Shown here in pieces: positions 51,550 to 64,000 of a DNA stretch of 64,000 nucleotides. Each line of letters begins with the position of its first letter. The first letter of the stretch is position 1. The stretch spans positions 4,368,722 through 4,432,721 of the forward strand of contig CAVNZM010000013.1 in NCBI GenBank assembly GCA_963693365.1, read 5' to 3'. Source of the DNA: Amoebidium appalachense. Lineage: Eukaryota; Protista; Ichthyosporea. The notes under the pieces were generated by a model. It did not search any database. It was not told the origin of the DNA and was given only the letters and a program-made list of their open reading frames with translations. A program made the position numbers and the translations under genes.

Positions 51550-52351
51550 CAGAGACAACCCCCGTCGTTACATCCGACACGACCCACGCCGCACCTCCGT
51601 CTTCTGCGTCGACATCGGCGGCAACACCCGAGGTTTCTGACGTCACCGAAGGAGGGGCCGAAGCCTTTTTCCTGGCCCAGAAACAACAACTCGAAGAGAC
51701 GGAGGCCGCCGCCGCCGCCGCCGCCGCCATGACGTCAACCCTTGCTGCGGAATCGGCAATTTCCACCCCGCCCAAGACCATTTCCAGCCCTGCAGCGGGG
51801 GAAATCTCGTCGACCAATCACGGAGAAGAAAACTCTGAGGAGTTGCAGATTACTGGTCCGGCTGTTCCTGAAGCAGCGGGTGGGAACGTGCCAGGGGAGG
51901 GGGAAAGACACGGAGGTGAGAGGGGTGGGCACCGCGGGAGGGGGGAGGGGGAGAGGCTGGGGTGGTCCGCGCGGCCCCCGCCCCCCCGCAACCACGACGA
52001 AGGAGGGGAGAGGGGGAGGCGAGCCCCGGGAGCCCCGGGGGGAGAGGGGTGATAGACCTCCCCGCCCCCCTCGCGCTCCCAGATTCGAAGGTGGTGACGC
52101 GAATGGAGGAGGGGAGGGAGGTGCGCCACGTCCCCCCCCGCCCCGAGGGGAGGGGGAGGAGCAGGGGTACTGGGGGTGGAAGGGGGCGGAGCGCTGTTCC
52201 CCGTGGGGGAAACGTAGGGGGGGATAGGGGGAGGGAGAGGGGGTGCGGGTGCCGGGGGACCGCCCCGCCGCCCCCCTGGGGTCCCTCAGAACTCACAAGG
52301 TGTGGGTGCAGCTCCGTCTGCTACCCCCGCTGCCCAGTAGAAATCAAGTGA
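46132..52351 (+). CDS. Caprin-like RNA-granule protein (N-terminal coiled-coil HR1-like motif, C-terminal RG/RGG-rich tail)
   Basis: Exons 46132-46512, 47712-48120 and 51553-~52350 are phase-consistent. Motif LNKRVRNINKRLGRISKIEEAQRQGKTLDKDQQETLAKRDSVNAILEEL. The RGG-rich end shifts frame within G runs (~51945-52250, probably homopolymer errors), so the stop is approximate. Confidence 0.7.
48234..48345 (+). mobile_element. poly(C)-tailed repeat, subfamily C, 5'-truncated
   Basis: atgggctctgttcaagcgtcttctgcctgcacgct...gtctcctccatattcc...acatacat-(C)n. Confidence 0.8.
49410..50089 (+). mobile_element. head-to-tail chain of the repeat family: C fragment (49410-49516), full A copy (49549-49961), B-like fragment (49985-50089)
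   Basis: Each unit ends in poly(C) and all share one orientation; the A copy carries a compensatory stem change (ctggg/cccaa) and a small internal duplication. Confidence 0.88.
50428..51545. repeat. CA-based compound minisatellite (~28-bp unit catgcacatacacccacacacacacaca)
   Basis: About 35-40 units grading into pure (CA)n just before the acceptor at 51552. Confidence 0.95.
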
Positions 52352-53285
52352 TTGGTTGTGTGCGGGTGGGAAATTGGTTTCGGCGGATTAAAAAATTTAC
52401 CATCAATTGACAATAAGAACACGTGCGGGTGTCCTGTTTTTTTGTCGGTGGGTGGTCTGTTGTGGCTGTGTGAGTGAGGCTGTGTGCCAGCAAACTTTCT
52501 ATTTTAGGATAGAAGGCACGAGAAGATACGAGAGCGGGTTGCATGTGTGACCAATGATATGGCCCCTACGGCTTGTCTTTCTAGTTGACGGGCTCTATTC
52601 TGGTGCCAATAAATTGTTCTGTGATCCGGAAGGGAAACCGTGAAGTGATTCCCCTCACCTCCCCCTCTCCCCCCTCCCTCCCCCACTCACCCACCCACCC
52701 CGGGAAAAAAGAAAAAAAAGCCCCTTTTAAAATTCAGTGTGTTTAAAAGTGACACAGACACACACACACATTCGCGCGCACATACGTCCACACACACCTT
52801 CGTTTCTTCCTGTTGCTTGCCCGACGGCGTCCAAAAGTAACTGTTGCACTTCTAGCCCCCCCCCCCCCCACCACCACAAAGCCCACTAGATTGGACCTAG
52901 GAGAGATCCGCATGCATTGTACCCAGACACATGTACACGCGCAAACACACTGTCTGTCCCACATGCGATACTCGTGTACATATTGAGCGTATGTTGCTAC
53001 GTAGTACTAGCTACCGTAGGGACATGCCCCCCCCCCCCCCCCCCCCCCCCCCTCCCCCCTCTCCAAGGGGGCCCCATGCGGCCATCGGTCACTGGGAGTA
53101 GACGTTAACGGCAGCACATGCATGCATGGAACGGGTTTGACGTGCTTCATACGGATACCGTCGGTCCTGTCAGATAGGGCCAAAATTTTATTTTTTTATT
53201 GATTTAAATAATATGTATAATAATATAATAATTATTGTCAGGCTGCAGTGACAAGGGGATCCGGTGGAAGAGGGAGAGGGGGAGT

Positions 53286-53366
<81 letters not shown>

Positions 53367-53577
53367 TCGCCCGTGGGTGGCGCCTAATTGACGTCATTAT
53401 TGTTTTCCGATTGGGAAAATATGATTGCAGAAGGGAAGCGCTGATCAGACTACAGCCGCACACATGCATCAATATCGTTCCGCAGTTTGAACTTCAGTGA
53501 AGTGTCACGCTAGCTTACTCGATTCTAGACCTAGTAACCGTTTCTCCTTGCGGATTTCCCGACACAAGAGCCTAAAA

Positions 53578-60274
<6,697 letters not shown>

Positions 60275-60541
60275 ATTTAAACGTTTTAACCAATCGCGTA
60301 GGAAAAGTACTGCTTGTGGGGTAGCCCATTGTGATGGATTTTTTCACAGCTTGCTGTGAGTATAAAAGGGCTTTATCGTCTCTCTGTTTCTCTCTTAGCA
60401 CTTCTTTTTGTTTTTTTATCTTTGGATAGGTCGTCGTATGTGTCCGCACGTACGAAAAATTATCATGAAAGTACATCAACAGACAGACACAAGGAGAGAG
60501 AGGGCGAGGGAGGGAGAGACAGAACACACACACACACACAT

Positions 60542-60590
<49 letters not shown>

Positions 60591-60944
60591 CACACACACA
60601 GACACACACACCCGGCGTGCACATGCTTTTCACATCTTCACTTTATACGCATGCACATAATGTGGAACTAATTCATATAAAATATGGTTGTGTTACATGT
60701 GTATGGACCAAACAACGCACAATTCATGCATGGTGACTTTTCGGGAGGGCACATTGTTGCAACTAGTTAACACAAACAAAACTCCCGGAGATTTCCGAAG
60801 TAAAAATAAAAAATTTGAAACGAAATATGAATCGACTTTATGCTCTTGATTAAGCGGTATTTTGGAGTTTGAAGGCATGGATGTCTCTGAGCGATAAACT
60901 TGACCACTGCGATAACCCCCCCCCCCCCCCCCCCCCCCCCTCCC

Positions 60945-61047
60945 TTATGACGCATGCTGTGCGCATGGCTGATGTTGCATACTTGAATGTTTGCCTTTGC
61001 ATTTGTCGTTCGTGTATGCGTACTTCGTACCGTGTTCCGCATTCAAA
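60945..61047 (+). mobile_element. poly(C)-tailed repeat, subfamily A, heavily 5'-truncated
   Basis: ttatgacgcatgctgtgcgcatggctgatg...ccgcattcaaa-(C)n, starting right after a C run. Confidence 0.85.
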
Positions 61048-61607
61048 CCCCCCCCTCCCCTCCCCTCCCCTTCCCCCCACATCCGCACATGCATGCACGC
61101 GTTCACACAAACACAACTGCCCACTTTGGCTATTGAGCTACTACGTATACCCACCCACCCAGGGACGGAGGGGGGGGGGGGGGGGGGGGGGTATATGGGT
61201 ATGTCACGGTGGTGCACGTGTTTTGTTTTTTTTGTTTCTTTTTTTTGTTTTTGTTTTTTTTTTTGTTTTTTTTGGGGGGGTTTTTGGCATGCTTTTTGGG
61301 TGAGTGGTTGGGTGGGGGGGCACGTCGTTCTTCGACCGAATGTACATTCAGATCTAATGTGTGATCGAATGTGACAGTTCATACAGAACACAAATTTTAA
61401 AAACGAATCATCGAAATTCACCGTGACGTAACAATCACTTCTTTCGTGCCTTACAAGAGTCGAGGCCTACATACAATATCGATATCATTGATTGTCAACT
61501 ATGTTCAATCTCCTAATCGAAACAAACACCAAGGTCAACAGTACACCTAACATCGTGCATAGGTAGATAATAGATCACGAGATGTATGTCATACGCGGAC
61601 AGAAAAC

Positions 61608-62410
<803 letters not shown>

Positions 62411-62495
62411 GTGCCGCCTTTTACCATCACAACTTGACTGACAACCTCTCCTCCCTTCCCGCCCCCCCCCCCCCCCCCCCCCCCCCTCCCCCTCC

Positions 62496-63804
62496 CTACC
62501 GTGGCTTCACCACCACCACCTTCCCGTCCTCACACGCACACACAATCCTCTCCCCAACCACACACACGTCCGCAACAGCCGTATTGAGCGGCAATTTAAA
62601 CCTTATCTCCCTAGACCTCTCCACCGGTACCCCATCGGACCCCCCCTCCCCTGCCGCTCCGGATCCCCCCCCATTCGTAGCAGTGCATTCGTAAATGACC
62701 AAAGCGGAATCTCGCGAAACGTCGACCGCGATCACGCAATTTTTGGAAACGGGATAGGAAATTATGCTCTCCCCGCGTATGACAGACACGCGTTTCCCCG
62801 TGGCAGGGTTAAAGAAACCGTAGTAAATGTCCTGCTCCGAAGTTTGGTAATCTTCATACGCAACCATAATCAGCCCGCAATCGGGCATCGGGAACACGCG
62901 GTGCGCGAGGACCTGCGGCGATCCAATCGAAATTTCGGTAATTACGTCGCCACCCAAACTCACTAGGCATAACACGTCGTCCCGTGTGAATACCAACATC
63001 TGGTCGAAAAACCCGAACCGATCTATGTCGTCATACCCCCGGAATTTGCATATCTGTCCCTTTGTCTGCAAATCCCACACGTATATAATTCCGGCCATGC
63101 CGACGGCCAGCGCCCTCCCGTCGATCGCAACAGTGTTCACGCGATTTTCCTCCTGAAAGAATTTGCCCTCCTCCCGACCGCTTTCGGCGTCAAAAACTAC
63201 GACATCGCCGTTGCTAAATCCGGCGGCTACAAAATTTCCATTTATGACGACGCAGCACACGGGCCCGCTGTGGCGTGGGGGGGAGGTCCATTTTTCCTCG
63301 AAATTTCGCATATCCCAAACTTTCACCGCCTGGTCTATCCCGCCCGACACGATGAATTTCTCGTCCGCCGCAACACAAAGCACTGCGGCATGACTGCCTT
63401 CGCTATCCAACACAGTCATATCCCAATCTGAATTTTCCCTCTGCAAAATTCCCGGAAGTTGTTCAGAAAACGGCAACGGGACACAGAAAAAATCGAATTC
63501 CTCGCAAAGACGCCCTTCCTGAATATTGGGGGGTATATCCCATCTACGGCTACACCCACATCGTAGATAGTCCAACAGGCACGAAAAAACGGCGGGGTCT
63601 CTATCGAGGAAAATTTCACCGTTTTCGTTTTTTCGCAAGGGGTGTCGGCCGCTGAACCAGGCAGCGAGCATGGAACTTCGGCTAGCCGTGAGGGTCTTTC
63701 GGGTTGTTTCGATTAAGGAACCCCCTACTCGAAATTTGACTATCTCTTGTTGCGACTCGAAGTCTAGTTGCTCCAGCCAGCGTGCTTCTCGATCGAACTT
63801 CTCC
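62496..63804 (-). CDS. KCTD-type BTB domain plus WD40-repeat protein, large terminal exon (5' exons outside the window or unresolved)
   Basis: Acceptor cacag at 63805. EIVKFRVGGSLIETTRKTL...SMLAAWFSGRH...IFLDRDPAVFSCLLDYLR...EEFDFF (BTB), then SHAAVLCVAADEKFIVSGGIDQAVKVWD and further WD40-like blades. Confidence 0.9.
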
Positions 63805-63824
63805 CTGTGTATGTGTGTGTGTGT

Positions 63825-63855
<31 letters not shown>

Positions 63856-64000
63856 GGGGAGGGGGGGAGAATGGGGGGATGGTAGTGATGTGCACGGTGA
63901 GGGGGAGAGGGGAGGGGGGGGGGGGGGGGGGGGGGGGAGGGTACGATGTGTGTCTGTGTGTGTTTGGGGGGAGGGGGGGGGAGGGGGGGGGGGAGGGGGG

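Noticed and set aside
51940-52260. Programmed frameshifting in the Caprin-like RGG tail
   Set aside because: Frame changes coincide with G/C homopolymer runs, so sequencing error is the simpler explanation.

Overview
Intron-rich eukaryotic (protist-like) genomic DNA saturated with poly(C)/poly(G) tracts and (CA)n/(CT)n microsatellites, so most of the supplied ORFs are low-complexity artefacts. Gene models spliced by eye: the 5' part of an FKBP-like PPIase with a mitochondrial-type presequence (-); an 11-exon homologue of p1/AMTP1 of the MTA1c/AMT1 DNA 6mA methyltransferase complex with a C-terminal PHD finger (+); a secreted Cys-rich protein; a KCTD-type BTB protein; a stand-alone divergent VLRF1 (Vms1/ANKZF1-like) protein; a weakly supported multi-exon unknown gene; exons of an ERT1/RDS2/AcuK-like PAS protein with duplicated fragments; a Caprin-like RGG protein; HYPK; and a BTB-WD40 protein (-). 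The most striking signal is a candidate retroelement system. A 5'-truncated, endonuclease-less Penelope-like reverse transcriptase (31474-32709) is bounded by poly(C). About 20 copies or fragments of a non-coding ~400-bp repeat family have variable 5' truncation, fixed 3' ends joined to poly(C), and head-to-tail chaining. The repeat carries a covarying RNA fold that contains all three hammerhead core segments in a non-standard order. All assignments come from reading the sequence and recalling family motifs; no database search or folding program was run, and homopolymer lengths may be unreliable.
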